Source: Prochlorococcus marinus subsp. pastoris str. CCMP1986
Lineage (GTDB): Bacteria; Cyanobacteriota; Cyanobacteriia; PCC-6307; Cyanobiaceae
Assembly: GCF_000011465.1 (NCBI RefSeq)
Contig: NC_005072.1
Location: 1,590,001 to 1,622,000, forward strand
DNA length: 32,000 nucleotides
Direction: 5' to 3'
Shown here: positions 9,361 to 20,275 of the stretch, one piece after another
How positions within the stretch are numbered: the first letter of the stretch is position 1
Layout: each line of letters opens with the position of its first letter
Made by a program: the position numbers and the translations under genes
Notes under the pieces: generated by a model
Seen by the model: only the letters and a program-made list of their open reading frames with translations
Told to the model about the DNA's origin: nothing
Database searches by the model: none

Positions 9361-12270
9361 TTATGCACATTTTTTGTCATCTAAAAAATCTTTATCATTC
9401 ACATTACAAGAACAAATTAAATTTCTATCTCCATAGGCATTATCAATTCTTGATACAGAAGACCAAAATTTATGTTCGAATTTACCTTTATACGGATATG
9501 CAGCCTTTTCTTTTGAATAAGGATAATTCCAATTATCTGCAATCAACTCATTTATAGTATGAGGAGCATTACTAATCAAATTATTATTTCTGAGATTAAT
9601 ATTATTTTCAATTTCTTCAATTTCTTCGCTTATTAGGATCATAGCTTCACAAAATCTATTTAACTCCGTCAAACTTTCACTTTCAGTAGGCTCTATCATT
9701 ATAGTTTCAGGAACTGGCCAACTTATCGTTGGAGCATGAAAGCTATAATCTATTAATCTCTTAGCTATATCATTGACACTTAAACCTGTTTTTGACTTCA
9801 ACTCTCTAAAATCAAGGATACATTCATGTGCGACACAATTATTTTGTCCTTTATATAAAATCTTAAATTTATTTTTTAATGTATTAGCAATATAATTTGC
9901 TGACAATATTGCATGACTACTCGCCTTTCTTAAACCCCTTTGACCAGCCATCTTTATGTACATCCAGCTTATTGGAAGAATGCTTGCACTTCCATGCTGT
10001 GAAGAAGATACAGAATAACCGAATTGACTAAAAGTATTATCTTTCAAAGAATGGGAAGGAAGGAAAGGACTTAAAGTTTCAGATGTTGCAACTGGACCAA
10101 CTCCAGGACCACCACCTCCATGAGGGATACAAAAAGTTTTATGTAAATTTAAATGGCAAACATCCACTCCATAATCACCAGGCCTGCATAATCCGACCTG
10201 AGCATTAAGATTTGCTCCATCCAAATAAACAAATGCACCAACTGAATGAATTAAGTCACATATTTCTCTGATTTTTAATTCAAAAACTCCATGAGTAGAG
10301 GGATAAGTTAACATTAGTGCACCAATTGTATTATCAAATTCCTGGACCTTATTTAATAAATCTTCATAAGAAATATTACCCTCAGAATCACATTTAATAG
10401 TTACAACATCAAATCCTGCCATCACTGCGCTAGCAGGATTTGTTCCATGAGCACTTTGTGGTATTAGGCATTTTTTTCTTAATAAATCACCTTTTGAAGA
10501 GAAGTAAGAATTAATTGCCAATAGACCCGCAAACTCTCCTTGAGAACCTGCATTCGGTTGAAATGAAACTGAATTCAAGCCAATTAGGTCACTAATCCAT
10601 TTCTCAAGATCGCTTATTATTTTTGAATAACCATTTGTTTGATTAGCTGGAGCGAAAGGGTGAATTGACGATAAATTAGCCCATGAAATTGGACTAAGCT
10701 CTGCTGCAGAATTTAATTTCATCGTACAACTTCCTAGTGGAATCATTCCATCAACCAGTGAAAAATCTTTCTCAGCAAGCTTAAAAATGTACCTCATTAA
10801 ATCAGTCTCACTTTGATAATTTTCAAATACATTTTGTTGCATCCATTCTTTATTTCTTAGAGGAATACCCTCAAATTGAAAACAATTATTAAGTGTAATG
10901 TGCGTTAAGTCTTCTTTTCTTCCTAGCCCATTTGCTACGCAATTTACTATCTTATGGATTTCATTTTTATCAGTAAGCTCATCTAGGGAAATTCCAAATC
11001 CTTTAGATTCCTCGATCGATGAACCCAAAGGTAAGATTCTAAAGTTGAATCCGTTTTTTAGAGCTTCTTTATGAATCTTTTCAGATTCCTCACAGTAAAT
11101 ATCAAAACTATCGAACCTACTCCCAAGAGGTATTTTTAAACCTAACTCAGAAAGTAAAGATTCTAGATATCGTCTTAAAACAACTAATCTCTTAGCCATT
11201 TTTGTTAATCCTAAAGACCCATGATATGTGGCATAAAAAGAAGATATTATTGCTAATAAAGATTGAGCTGTACAAATATTACTAGTCGCCTTTTCTCTTC
11301 TTATATGTTGTTCTCTTGTTTGCAATGCCAATCTCAGTGATTGTTCTCCATTTTTAGATAGAGTTTGTCCTACGATTCTTCCTGGTATAAGTCTTTTATA
11401 TTTTTCAGTACATGCAAAAAATGCTGCATGAGGACCACCAAAGCCCATTGGGACTCCAAATCTTTGCAAACTTCCTACAGCTATATCAACTCCAAATTGA
11501 GCTATTGGTTTTATTAAAACTTGCGCAAGAGGATCAATAATTGATGTGACCACTATTTCTGCTTTATGAGCTTGGGAGATTAAAAATGTTGGATCAAATA
11601 AATCTCCATTTTTACCAGGAAGCTGGATTAATAAACCAAAAACATCATCATGATTATTAAAGTACTTTTGGTTAAAACGTTTTAACTTAATTCCTAATGG
11701 TTTGGCTCTGGTCAATAAAACATTAAATGTATGGTCAAAAACATTTTCATCTACTAAGAAAGTATTTGAGGACTTATTTTTCCTTGAAGAAAAACTCATT
11801 GTCATTGCTTCTGAAGCAGCTGTTCCCTCATCTAAAAGAGATGCATTAGCTATAGAGAAACCGGTTAATTCACAAATTAAAGTTTGAAAATTAAACAAAG
11901 CTTCTAATCTGCCTTGAGCAATTTCAGCTTGATAAGGGGTATAAGCGGTATACCACCTGGGGTTTTCTAACACATGCCTTTGTATGACTTTAGGGGTATG
12001 TGTTCCATAATATCCAAGTCCAATTAAAGATCTAAATTTATGATTTTTATTAGATATTTCTTCTAATTCGTTCAATGCCTCAATTTCAGAGCATCCTTTT
12101 GGCAAGACATCTGAACATTTTTCTTTTAACTGAATATCTTCAGGAATAACTTGATGAATAAATTCATCTATATTGTTAAAACCAAGTTTCTGAAGCATTT
12201 TTTTTTCATCATTATCATTCAATCCAAGATGTCTATCTATAAATAAATCCGTGTTGCTTTTGGGATTCAT
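9361..12270 (-). CDS. gcvP: Glycine dehydrogenase (decarboxylating), P protein of the glycine cleavage system
   Basis: FIDRHLGLNDNDEKKML, VDVCHLNLHKTFCIPHGGGGPGVGPV, PISWMYIKMAGQRGLRKAS, ISWPVPETIMIEPTESES. Confidence 0.98.
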   Translation of the reverse strand: MNPKSNTDLFIDRHLGLNDNDEKKMLQKLGFNNIDEFIHQVIPEDIQLKEKCSDVLPKGCSEIEALNELEEISNKNHKFRSLIGLGYYGTHTPKVIQRHVLENPRWYTAYTPYQAEIAQGRLEALFNFQTLICELTGFSIANASLLDEGTAASEAMTMSFSSRKNKSSNTFLVDENVFDHTFNVLLTRAKPLGIKLKRFNQKYFNNHDDVFGLLIQLPGKNGDLFDPTFLISQAHKAEIVVTSIIDPLAQVLIKPIAQFGVDIAVGSLQRFGVPMGFGGPHAAFFACTEKYKRLIPGRIVGQTLSKNGEQSLRLALQTREQHIRREKATSNICTAQSLLAIISSFYATYHGSLGLTKMAKRLVVLRRYLESLLSELGLKIPLGSRFDSFDIYCEESEKIHKEALKNGFNFRILPLGSSIEESKGFGISLDELTDKNEIHKIVNCVANGLGRKEDLTHITLNNCFQFEGIPLRNKEWMQQNVFENYQSETDLMRYIFKLAEKDFSLVDGMIPLGSCTMKLNSAAELSPISWANLSSIHPFAPANQTNGYSKIISDLEKWISDLIGLNSVSFQPNAGSQGEFAGLLAINSYFSSKGDLLRKKCLIPQSAHGTNPASAVMAGFDVVTIKCDSEGNISYEDLLNKVQEFDNTIGALMLTYPSTHGVFELKIREICDLIHSVGAFVYLDGANLNAQVGLCRPGDYGVDVCHLNLHKTFCIPHGGGGPGVGPVATSETLSPFLPSHSLKDNTFSQFGYSVSSSQHGSASILPISWMYIKMAGQRGLRKASSHAILSANYIANTLKNKFKILYKGQNNCVAHECILDFRELKSKTGLSVNDIAKRLIDYSFHAPTISWPVPETIMIEPTESESLTELNRFCEAMILISEEIEEIENNINLRNNNLISNAPHTINELIADNWNYPYSKEKAAYPYKGKFEHKFWSSVSRIDNAYGDRNLICSCNVNDKDFLDDKKCA

Positions 12271-12316
12271 ATTTAATTTATTTTTCTTTAAAATAGCCGA
12301 TTTTTAGAAATATGCT

Positions 12317-12706
12317 TTAATTCGGAACAACCTTTGACTTATATTCATCTGAATTCATTAATTCGTCTAACAAAACATTTGATTCTGATTTAATAATCAG
12401 CAACCATCCATCACCAATTGGATCATTTTGCAAAATTTCTGGATTATCAATAACTCCTTCATTTACAGAAATCACTTCACCTGAAAAAGGAAGATATACT
12501 TCTTCAACAGCCTTGACAGATTCAATTGTTCCAAAAGTTTCTCCTTTTTGTAAATTAGTTCCCTTCTCGACTAATTCAACAAAAACAATGTCTCCTAATT
12601 GATCAATAGCAAACTCACTAACACCAATTTTAAACAATCCATTTTCTTCCTTCACATATTCATGTGTATCAGCATATCTTAGATAATTTGGAAACTTATA
12701 AGACAT
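12317..12706 (-). CDS. gcvH: Glycine cleavage system H protein (lipoyl carrier)
   Basis: YADTHEYVKEENGLFKIGVSEFAIDQLGDIVFVELVEKG and the lipoylation site context GTIESVKAVEEVYLPFSGEV. Confidence 0.97.
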   Translation of the reverse strand: MSYKFPNYLRYADTHEYVKEENGLFKIGVSEFAIDQLGDIVFVELVEKGTNLQKGETFGTIESVKAVEEVYLPFSGEVISVNEGVIDNPEILQNDPIGDGWLLIIKSESNVLLDELMNSDEYKSKVVPN

Positions 12707-12714
12707 AATAAAGT

Positions 12715-14004
12715 TTATGGAAAAATGAGAGATTCCTTTTCAATTAGATTTTCTTCTAATAATTCAAATACTAATTGAATTAAAGCGATTTTGATGTGAG
12801 CAATGTGAGAACCACCTTGAACAAAAATATTAAATGGATCTCTTAAAGGAGCATCAGCTGAAAATTCACTTGTACTTCCTTCAATAAATGTACCTCCAGA
12901 CATTAATAAATTTGAATCATAACCACTCATTGGAGAAGGAATAACATTTAAAAAAGAATCTATTGGTGAAGAATTTTGAAAGGACTGACATACTTTTTGT
13001 ATTAAGTGTGGATTATTTAATCTAACTGCTTGAATGATGTCTGATCTGTACGATTTAGGCTCCGGTAAAACAATAAAACCTAGTTTTTTAAATACTGCAG
13101 CTACCAAATCAGCACCTTTTAAAGATTCGTGCACCATTTGTGGTGCTAAAAATAATCCCTGCAGAATTAATCTTCCGAAACCAAAGTTAATTCCTGCATC
13201 GGCACCAATTCCTGGTGCGGTCAATCTACAACATGCCATTTCAACTAATTCAGAATCACCTGCAATATATCCGCCAGTAGGAACAATAGTCCCACCCAAA
13301 TTTTTAATTAGCGATCCAGCGATTATATTTGCGCCATTAATAATTGGTTCACTATCTTCTACAAGTTCTCCATAACAATTATCCACAAAACAAATAGTCT
13401 CAGGATTAAGTGAATGAACAAGATTACAGATTTGTTTTATTTGATTATTATTTAAAGATTTTCTCCAACTATAACCACAACTTTTCTGGATAAATACTAG
13501 TTTACATTTATTATGTTTAAAAAAATCTACTAGTTTATCTTCGTAGGAATTTTTTCTTTCATCCATACTAATTTGACGATATCCAACTCCTAAATCTAAT
13601 AAAGAACCTTTGCCCTTTCCTCTTATACCGATCACTTCCTCCAATGTATCGTAAGGAGTTCCAGTTACAGATAACATTAAATCCCCTGGCCGTAAAATAC
13701 CAAAAAGAACGGAGCTTATAGCATGGGTACCACTTACAAATTGCATCCTGACAGCTGATTTTTCTGCGAGAAAAAATTTTGCAAATACCTCATCAATCTT
13801 TTGCCTAGATAAATCATCATGTCCGCTACCTGTAGATTGATTAAAGTGACTAGTTGAGACTTTTTCTTCTTTAAAAATTTTCAAGATATTATTTAATTTG
13901 TAATAGATTTGATTTGATCTTTCATTAAAAATACCCTTTAAACCTTCTTCCACAGATATAACCATTTCTTCGGCTAAGCTAAAATTATAATTTTTATTTT
14001 TCAT
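12715..14004 (-). CDS. Methionine gamma-lyase family protein, often annotated 'aluminum resistance protein'; PLP-dependent
   Basis: VRMQFVSGTHAISSVLFGILRPGDLMLSVTGTPYDTLEEVIG and GANIIAGSLIKNLGGTIVPTGGYIAG (candidate PLP lysine in GSLIKNLGG). Confidence 0.87.
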   Translation of the reverse strand: MKNKNYNFSLAEEMVISVEEGLKGIFNERSNQIYYKLNNILKIFKEEKVSTSHFNQSTGSGHDDLSRQKIDEVFAKFFLAEKSAVRMQFVSGTHAISSVLFGILRPGDLMLSVTGTPYDTLEEVIGIRGKGKGSLLDLGVGYRQISMDERKNSYEDKLVDFFKHNKCKLVFIQKSCGYSWRKSLNNNQIKQICNLVHSLNPETICFVDNCYGELVEDSEPIINGANIIAGSLIKNLGGTIVPTGGYIAGDSELVEMACCRLTAPGIGADAGINFGFGRLILQGLFLAPQMVHESLKGADLVAAVFKKLGFIVLPEPKSYRSDIIQAVRLNNPHLIQKVCQSFQNSSPIDSFLNVIPSPMSGYDSNLLMSGGTFIEGSTSEFSADAPLRDPFNIFVQGGSHIAHIKIALIQLVFELLEENLIEKESLIFP

Positions 14005-14008
14005 TCTC

Positions 14009-14716
14009 TTAAACTTTCTTTTTTTGTGAAGCTATATCTCTTAAGTATGTAAGAAAAGCATTGGGTCCTCCTCCATTGAAATAAGATAGTTTTTTTGAGG
14101 TCTCGTAAAGATCTAACAATTCACCATCTAATTCTTCTGCTGTAAAATCTTTTATTCCCGCTATCACTTCTGCAAAACGATCTCTTCTTAGTGTCTTAGA
14201 AACTGTGTACGCATCCATAATGATTGTTTTACAAGATCTCCAAGGTCTATTTTGACAAAAATGATCAGAAAGAGCATCACTTAACGCAGACGCTTCAGAA
14301 TCCTCTATATACCAATCAAATGACAATGGGAGCGGTTTTAATCCAGAAAAAATTTCAAATAATTCTCCAGCTGACAAAGGATTATCAGCATCATTTTTTA
14401 ATGGAAGAGCAGAATCTTGTAATGACCTCCATAATTCTGGATGATTCTTTTCTAATTGATCCCTTATCGATTCTATCCCTTGATCAAGAATCGTATTGAC
14501 CTGCGCTAATGCAAGAAAAACTTCCGGACCAGGCGATGATAACTTTCCATTTCTAAGATTTGAAATCTGAGAATTATGTACTCTTCCTAAATCAAGTATT
14601 TCAGACAGCAAGGGTAAAACCCTGTGAGACCAACCATTCCTCTCATGCCAAAGATGAATCAAATGAGCCATCGCTCTTCGACCCTTCAATAATTTATCGC
14701 GATATCCTAAGCTCAC
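14009..14716 (-). CDS. Conserved-looking cyanobacterial hypothetical with a helix-turn-helix-like N-terminal region
   Basis: SEILDLGRVHNSQISNLRNGKLSSPGPEVFLALAQVNTIL resembles an XRE/HTH helix pair; the remainder is helical with no recognised fold. Confidence 0.6.
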   Translation of the reverse strand: MSLGYRDKLLKGRRAMAHLIHLWHERNGWSHRVLPLLSEILDLGRVHNSQISNLRNGKLSSPGPEVFLALAQVNTILDQGIESIRDQLEKNHPELWRSLQDSALPLKNDADNPLSAGELFEIFSGLKPLPLSFDWYIEDSEASALSDALSDHFCQNRPWRSCKTIIMDAYTVSKTLRRDRFAEVIAGIKDFTAEELDGELLDLYETSKKLSYFNGGGPNAFLTYLRDIASQKKKV

Positions 14717-14792
14717 GGATAATTAAAATAATCAATAGTATAGTATGATAATATTACATATCGGCCTTTTTGAAAATAGTTTTTCCAATATT

Positions 14793-15731
14793 ATGAAATC
14801 AGTTATCTTCCAAGAAACAGCCAACTTAAAAAAACCTGTCCCTGCAGAAAAAGTTATAGAACTTTCGGATAAATTACTTGAACCATCTAGTCACTCTAAG
14901 AGATATCCTCCAAGATTACACAAAACATGGGGAACAATCTTTTTTATGATTGCCATTCATTTATTATCCTTATTGGCATTACAACCTCAGTTTTGGAGCA
15001 TGCCTGCAGTAACTGCATTATTTTTCTTTTACTGGTTAACTGCTTGTCTTGGAGTCACTTTAGGTTATCATCGTTTACTTTCCCATAGATCGTTTGTTGT
15101 CCCAAAATGGTTGGAGAGATTTTTTGCTACATGTGGAGCTATCAGCTGCCAGCATGGACCAATAGATTGGGTTGGTTTACACAGGCATCACCACTCTTTC
15201 TCAGACACAGAAGTTGATCATCACAACAGTAAGAGAGGATTTTGGTGGAGTCACATGGGTTGGATGTTTAAAGATGTTGAGGCATTAAAAGCAGTGCCAA
15301 AATTAAGTGCAGATTTAATTAAAGATCCATACTATAGATTCCTTAATAAATATTTTCTCTTTTTACAAATTCCTATTGGCTTATGTTTGTATGCAATAGG
15401 GCAAAAATTAGGTGTTGGAGGATGGGCATTAGTATTATGGGGAATACCTCTAAGACTTGTAGTGGTTTATCACATTACTTGGTTAGTAAACTCAGCTACC
15501 CATTGTTGGGGAAAAGCTCCTTTTGAAAGTGGCGATGGTTCAAAAAATAATGCTTGGGTTGCAGCTTTAACATTTGGAGAAGGATGGCATAATAATCATC
15601 ATGCATTTCCTAATTCAGCTAGACAGGGATTATTTAGAGGCCAAATTGATTTAACATGGGAACATATTAAGATTCTTGCCAAATTAGGATTCGCAAAAAA
15701 AGTAAAATTACCCTCTAGGTCTTATTATTAA
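14793..15731 (+). CDS. Acyl-lipid/acyl-CoA delta-9-type fatty acid desaturase
   Basis: Histidine boxes HRLLSHRS (HxxxxH), HRHHHSFSDTEVDHHNSKRGFWWSH (HxxHH) and HNNHHAFPNSA. The ORF track opens at 14745, but the ATG at 14793 is in frame and more plausible. Confidence 0.9.
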   Translation: MKSVIFQETANLKKPVPAEKVIELSDKLLEPSSHSKRYPPRLHKTWGTIFFMIAIHLLSLLALQPQFWSMPAVTALFFFYWLTACLGVTLGYHRLLSHRSFVVPKWLERFFATCGAISCQHGPIDWVGLHRHHHSFSDTEVDHHNSKRGFWWSHMGWMFKDVEALKAVPKLSADLIKDPYYRFLNKYFLFLQIPIGLCLYAIGQKLGVGGWALVLWGIPLRLVVVYHITWLVNSATHCWGKAPFESGDGSKNNAWVAALTFGEGWHNNHHAFPNSARQGLFRGQIDLTWEHIKILAKLGFAKKVKLPSRSYY

Positions 15732-15751
15732 ATATATAAATAAATATTTTC

Positions 15752-16207
15752 ATGGCTAAAAGAGTAAAAGTCGTTTTAACAGAATCAGTTGCCACTCTTG
15801 GTAGAGATGGTGATGTTGTAGAAGTAGCGCCTGGTTATGCAAGGAATTTTTTATTGCCATTTGGTAAAGCAGCTAATGTAACTCCTTCAATTCTGAAACA
15901 AATTGAACGAAAAAGAGCAAAAGAAAAAATTGCTGCAGAGAAAGTAAAACAAGAAGCTATTGATTTTAAAACCGCACTAGCAACCATTGGTAGATTTACA
16001 ATCAAGAAACAAGTTGGAGAAGATGGTGTCCTTTTTGGAACTGTTACAAATGGAGATGTTGCTGAAGCTATAGAGGCAGCTACGAAAAAAGATATTGATA
16101 GAAGAGACATAACTGTCCCAGATATTCATAATTTAGGTTCTTTCGTTGCAAAGATAAAACTACATCAAGAAGTAAGTGCGGAAGTAAACATTGAAGTAAC
16201 AAGTTAA
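15752..16207 (+). CDS. rplI: 50S ribosomal protein L9
   Basis: [36 protein letters not shown]. Confidence 0.98.
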
Positions 16208-16265
16208 TAACTTTGTTGCATTATTTGGAAAAGTAGTCAGAGTATATATCTAAGTCTTTAAGTAC

Positions 16266-17648
16266 ATGGTTTCAGTTCCTTTTTCAAATAATGGGTCTAA
16301 TAAGAATTTTAAAAAGGACTTTAATAATGAAAACGCTGGTTTAGTTCCTCCCCAAAATATTCAAGCAGAAGAAGCTGTTTTAGGTGGAATTTTACTTGAT
16401 CCTGATGCGATAGGAAGGATTGCAGACTTGATTAAACCAGAAGCCTTTTATATAAATGCTCATCAAGAGATATATAAAACCGCGTTAATGTTGCATACAC
16501 AAGGCAAACCTACAGATCTAACTTCAATGAGTGCATGGCTTGCTGACAATGGATCACTTGAAAAGATTGGAGGCAATTCTAAATTAGTAGAACTTGTAGA
16601 AAATGTTTCTTCAACAGCTTCAATAGAACAAGTTGCTAATTTAATTAGTGATAAATTTATAAGGAGACAACTCATCCGATCTGGGAATGAGGTTGTTCAA
16701 CTAGGATTTGATCAAACACAAGAAACCAATGAAGTTTTAGATAAGGCAGAACAGAAAATTTTTGAAATTAGTCAAGAAAAACCGACAAAAGGTCTGACCC
16801 AAGCGGCAGAAATTCTTACAAGTACTTTTAATGAAATAGAGTCCAGATCATTAGGAACATCTGTAGCTGGTATTCCAGTAAATTTTTATGACCTTGACGC
16901 AATGACTCAAGGCTTTCAAAGGAGTGATCTAATAATTGTGGCAGGAAGACCCTCAATGGGAAAAACTTCAATGGTTTTAAACCTAGCAAAAAATGTAGCT
17001 CAATCTCAGGATCTTCCAGTTTGTGTATTTAGCCTTGAGATGAGCAAAGAACAACTTACATATAGATTACTTTCTATGGAAGTAGGTATAGAAAGCGGAA
17101 GATTAAGAACCGGAAGACTACAACAAGAAGAATGGCCTTTACTTGGAGAAGGAATTAACTCTTTAGGTCAACTGCCAATTTTTATTGATGATAAGCCTAA
17201 TTTAAGTGTTTTAGAAATGAGGTCTCTATGCAGAAGATTAATAGCTGAGCAGAAAAAAGAACTTGGTTTAATAGTTATTGACTACTTACAACTAATGGAG
17301 GGTACAACACCTGATAACAGAGTTCAAGAGCTATCTCGTATCACTAGAGGTCTCAAAAGTATGGCAAGAGAGTTAAAAGTACCAGTAGTTGCTTTATCTC
17401 AATTAAGTAGAGGAGTTGAATCAAGAACAAATAAAAGACCTATGTTAAGTGACCTTAGAGAATCCGGATCTATAGAACAAGATGCCGACTTAGTATTAAT
17501 GATTTACAGAGATGAGTATTACAATCCAGAAACTGAAGACAGAGGAATAACTGAAATTATTGTCACGAAACACAGAAACGGCCCTGTTGGAACTGTTAAA
17601 TTATTATTTGAACCCCAATTTACAAGATTTAGAAACTTAGCCAACTAA
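16266..17648 (+). CDS. dnaB: Replicative DNA helicase, intein-free
   Basis: [23 protein letters not shown], the Walker A motif [66 protein letters not shown]. Confidence 0.98.
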   Translation: MVSVPFSNNGSNKNFKKDFNNENAGLVPPQNIQAEEAVLGGILLDPDAIGRIADLIKPEAFYINAHQEIYKTALMLHTQGKPTDLTSMSAWLADNGSLEKIGGNSKLVELVENVSSTASIEQVANLISDKFIRRQLIRSGNEVVQLGFDQTQETNEVLDKAEQKIFEISQEKPTKGLTQAAEILTSTFNEIESRSLGTSVAGIPVNFYDLDAMTQGFQRSDLIIVAGRPSMGKTSMVLNLAKNVAQSQDLPVCVFSLEMSKEQLTYRLLSMEVGIESGRLRTGRLQQEEWPLLGEGINSLGQLPIFIDDKPNLSVLEMRSLCRRLIAEQKKELGLIVIDYLQLMEGTTPDNRVQELSRITRGLKSMARELKVPVVALSQLSRGVESRTNKRPMLSDLRESGSIEQDADLVLMIYRDEYYNPETEDRGITEIIVTKHRNGPVGTVKLLFEPQFTRFRNLAN

Positions 17649-17659
17649 TCATCACGATA

Positions 17660-19624
17660 ATGAAAGATCCACAATCCCCAAATGAGTCTTTTGACATTAT
17701 TGTTATTGGAGGGGGACATGCAGGTTGTGAAGCTGCAATTACGACAGCAAAATTAGGATTTTCTACTGCGTTATTTACAATAAATTTAGATAGGATTGCT
17801 TGGCAACCATGTAATCCAGCTGTAGGTGGGCCAGCAAAAAGTCAATTAGTCCATGAGATTGATGCTTTAGGAGGAATCATTGGACAATTAGCTGATGAAA
17901 CTGCAATCCAAAAAAGAATTTTAAATGCGAGTAGGGGGCCAGCCGTTTGGGCATTAAGGGCTCAAACAGACAAAAGAGAATACTCTAAACGAATGATAGA
18001 AATACTCCAAAACACAGATAATCTTTCGTTAAAGGAGGCTATGATTACTGAATTAGTAATAAAAGAGGCTGAAACTTTTTCCAATAACTTAAAGAATAAG
18101 ACTAAAAAAATCAAAGGTGTAAAAACTTTTTTTGGAACCTACTATTATGCAAAATCAATAATAATTACTGCAGGAACTTTTTTGGAAGGAAGAATCTGGA
18201 TAGGTAATAAATCAATGTCTGCAGGGAGATCTGGAGAGCAAGCGGCACAAGGATTAACGCAAAGCTTACATAATCTTGGAATAAAAACTGAGCGATTAAA
18301 AACTGGAACTCCTGCAAGAGTTGATAAAAAGAGTATTTCTTTTGATGAATTAGATATTCAACCAAGTACAGCTTCAGATAAATATTTTTCGTTTGATCCC
18401 AAAATCAAAAACAATATGCCGCAAGTAAGTTGTCATATAACAAGAACAACTTTAAAAACTCATGAATTAATTCGCAATAATTTGCATTTAACTCCTATCT
18501 ATGGAGGATTTATAGATAGTAAAGGTCCTAGATATTGCCCTTCAATCGAAGACAAAATTGTAAAATTTGCAGACAAAAATTCACATCAAATTTTTTTAGA
18601 GCCTGAAGGGATAAATACACCAGAAATATACGTACAAGGATTCTCTACTGGATTACCTGAAAATATTCAATTAGACCTTTTAAGAACATTACCAGGATTA
18701 AATAAATGTAAAATGCTTAGGCCTGCTTATGCTGTTGAATATGAATACATCCCAGCGACACAACTTAAGTCATCATTAGAAACAATTGAGATAGAAAATT
18801 TATTTAGTGCTGGACAAATCAATGGAACAACTGGCTATGAAGAAGCTGCTGCCCAAGGATTAGTTGCAGGAATTAATGCAACTAGAAAACTAAATATGAA
18901 AGATCCAATAATATTTTCAAGAGAGAGCAGCTATATAGGCACCATGATAAATGACTTAATTACGAGAGATCTTAAAGAACCATATAGAGTCCTCACAAGT
19001 AGAAGTGAATATAGACTTACCTTACGAGGAGATAATGCTGATAGGAGATTAACTCCTTTAGGTTTTGAAATAGGCTTAATAGATGAAAGAAGATGGTTGG
19101 CTCATAAGAAAAAAATGAAATCACTTAAAGAAGAAAATTCAAGATTAGAAAATACACGTTTAAAATGTACTGATGAAATCGCTAAAAAAATAGAGTTAGA
19201 TAGTGGATCAAAAATTAAAGGATCAACAACATTAAAAGAACTTTTAAAAAGACCCAATCTTCACTATTCTGATTTTATAAGATATGATTTGGTAGACAAA
19301 ACTCTTCCGATATCAGTAATTGAAGGAGTTGAAATAGATATCAAATACGAAGGCTACCTTAAAAGACAAAAAAATAATATTGATCAGATAAATCGTCAAA
19401 GTCTCAAATCACTTTCATCAGAAATTAATTATGACCAAATAGATACTTTATCTCTAGAAGCCCGTGAAAATTTAAATAAGATAAAACCTACTAATTTTGG
19501 TGATGCATCGAAGATACCCGGTGTAAGTAAAGCTGATTTAACAGCATTACTAGTTTGGCTCAAAATTAAGGAACTAAAAAATGAAAAGAAAACTAGTTTT
19601 GCTGAAAAAAAGTTATCATCATAA
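17660..19624 (+). CDS. mnmG: tRNA uridine-5-carboxymethylaminomethyl modification enzyme MnmG (GidA)
   Basis: [85 protein letters not shown]. Confidence 0.98.
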   Translation: MKDPQSPNESFDIIVIGGGHAGCEAAITTAKLGFSTALFTINLDRIAWQPCNPAVGGPAKSQLVHEIDALGGIIGQLADETAIQKRILNASRGPAVWALRAQTDKREYSKRMIEILQNTDNLSLKEAMITELVIKEAETFSNNLKNKTKKIKGVKTFFGTYYYAKSIIITAGTFLEGRIWIGNKSMSAGRSGEQAAQGLTQSLHNLGIKTERLKTGTPARVDKKSISFDELDIQPSTASDKYFSFDPKIKNNMPQVSCHITRTTLKTHELIRNNLHLTPIYGGFIDSKGPRYCPSIEDKIVKFADKNSHQIFLEPEGINTPEIYVQGFSTGLPENIQLDLLRTLPGLNKCKMLRPAYAVEYEYIPATQLKSSLETIEIENLFSAGQINGTTGYEEAAAQGLVAGINATRKLNMKDPIIFSRESSYIGTMINDLITRDLKEPYRVLTSRSEYRLTLRGDNADRRLTPLGFEIGLIDERRWLAHKKKMKSLKEENSRLENTRLKCTDEIAKKIELDSGSKIKGSTTLKELLKRPNLHYSDFIRYDLVDKTLPISVIEGVEIDIKYEGYLKRQKNNIDQINRQSLKSLSSEINYDQIDTLSLEARENLNKIKPTNFGDASKIPGVSKADLTALLVWLKIKELKNEKKTSFAEKKLSS

Positions 19625-19630
19625 AAGATA

Positions 19631-20275
19631 TTGGTAACAGCACTGAATAATAAACTCTTCAAATCACCAAAAATTTTATGGGAAGAGAAAGCTACTGCCT
19701 TTTTAGTTGCAAATGCTTTACCAAAAATATCTGGGGCATGGAAATTAATGTTACTTGGGGATGGCAGTCCAACAAGACATTTACAGCTTTTAACTAATCA
19801 CGAAACAAAAATCAGATTAATATCTATGCAGATAGATCCTCTATTTGAAAAAGAGGGTCCAAGAGAAATCGATCAATTAAAAGAACCCTTAATTAGAAGG
19901 CAAGTTTGGATTAGAAATCAAAACAAGAATCTTGCCTGGGCTGAAAGTTGGTGGAATTCACAACAAGTCAGTCAAAATTTAAAATCAAAAGAAGAACCAA
20001 TCTGGAAAAACTTAACTCAAGATAGATCAGAATTATTTAGAGAAGTGGACAGCATTTCAATAGTTAATTCAAATTGGTTAGAGGAGGAATTTTGTTTTGA
20101 AGGCCCATTTTGGTCAAGAAATTACAGATTTTTTCGTAATAAAAAACCTCTAACTATTATTCGCGAAGTCTTCAATCCTCTTTTAGAAACTTGGTTAGGT
20201 CCATCAGGAATTCAAAATTTCTCTAATCTATATTCTTCTTCGTCTAGACCTCGGAATACTTCTTCCATTATTTGA
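19631..20275 (+). CDS. Chorismate-pyruvate-lyase-like / DUF98 family protein
   Basis: Fold-style cues SPTRHLQLLTNHETKIRLISMQID, PLIRRQVWIRNQNKNLAWAESWWN and KPLTIIREVFNPLLETWLG. Closely follows mnmG. Family assignment made by eye. Confidence 0.6.
   Translation: MVTALNNKLFKSPKILWEEKATAFLVANALPKISGAWKLMLLGDGSPTRHLQLLTNHETKIRLISMQIDPLFEKEGPREIDQLKEPLIRRQVWIRNQNKNLAWAESWWNSQQVSQNLKSKEEPIWKNLTQDRSELFREVDSISIVNSNWLEEEFCFEGPFWSRNYRFFRNKKPLTIIREVFNPLLETWLGPSGIQNFSNLYSSSSRPRNTSSII

Noticed and set aside
9351-9557. Supplied 68-aa plus-strand ORF within gcvP, and similar ORFs at 1162-1377, 5539-5736, 5938-6141, 6940-7194, 8099-8293, 11702-11887, 13034-13375, 14224-14499, 14560-14748, 15835-16110, 16463-16675, 18165-18365, 19429-19662, 24731-24958, 25083-25310, 27944-28144, 29846-30031, 30582-30770 and 31679-31966
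   Set aside because: All lie mainly antisense to strongly supported genes and have no recognisable domains; most parsimoniously chance ORFs.
16266-17648. Possible intein in dnaB (and dnaX), since inteins occur in these genes in some cyanobacteria
   Set aside because: DnaB is 460 aa with an uninterrupted Walker A and downstream motifs. The visible part of DnaX also has contiguous core motifs and no splicing-junction blocks.
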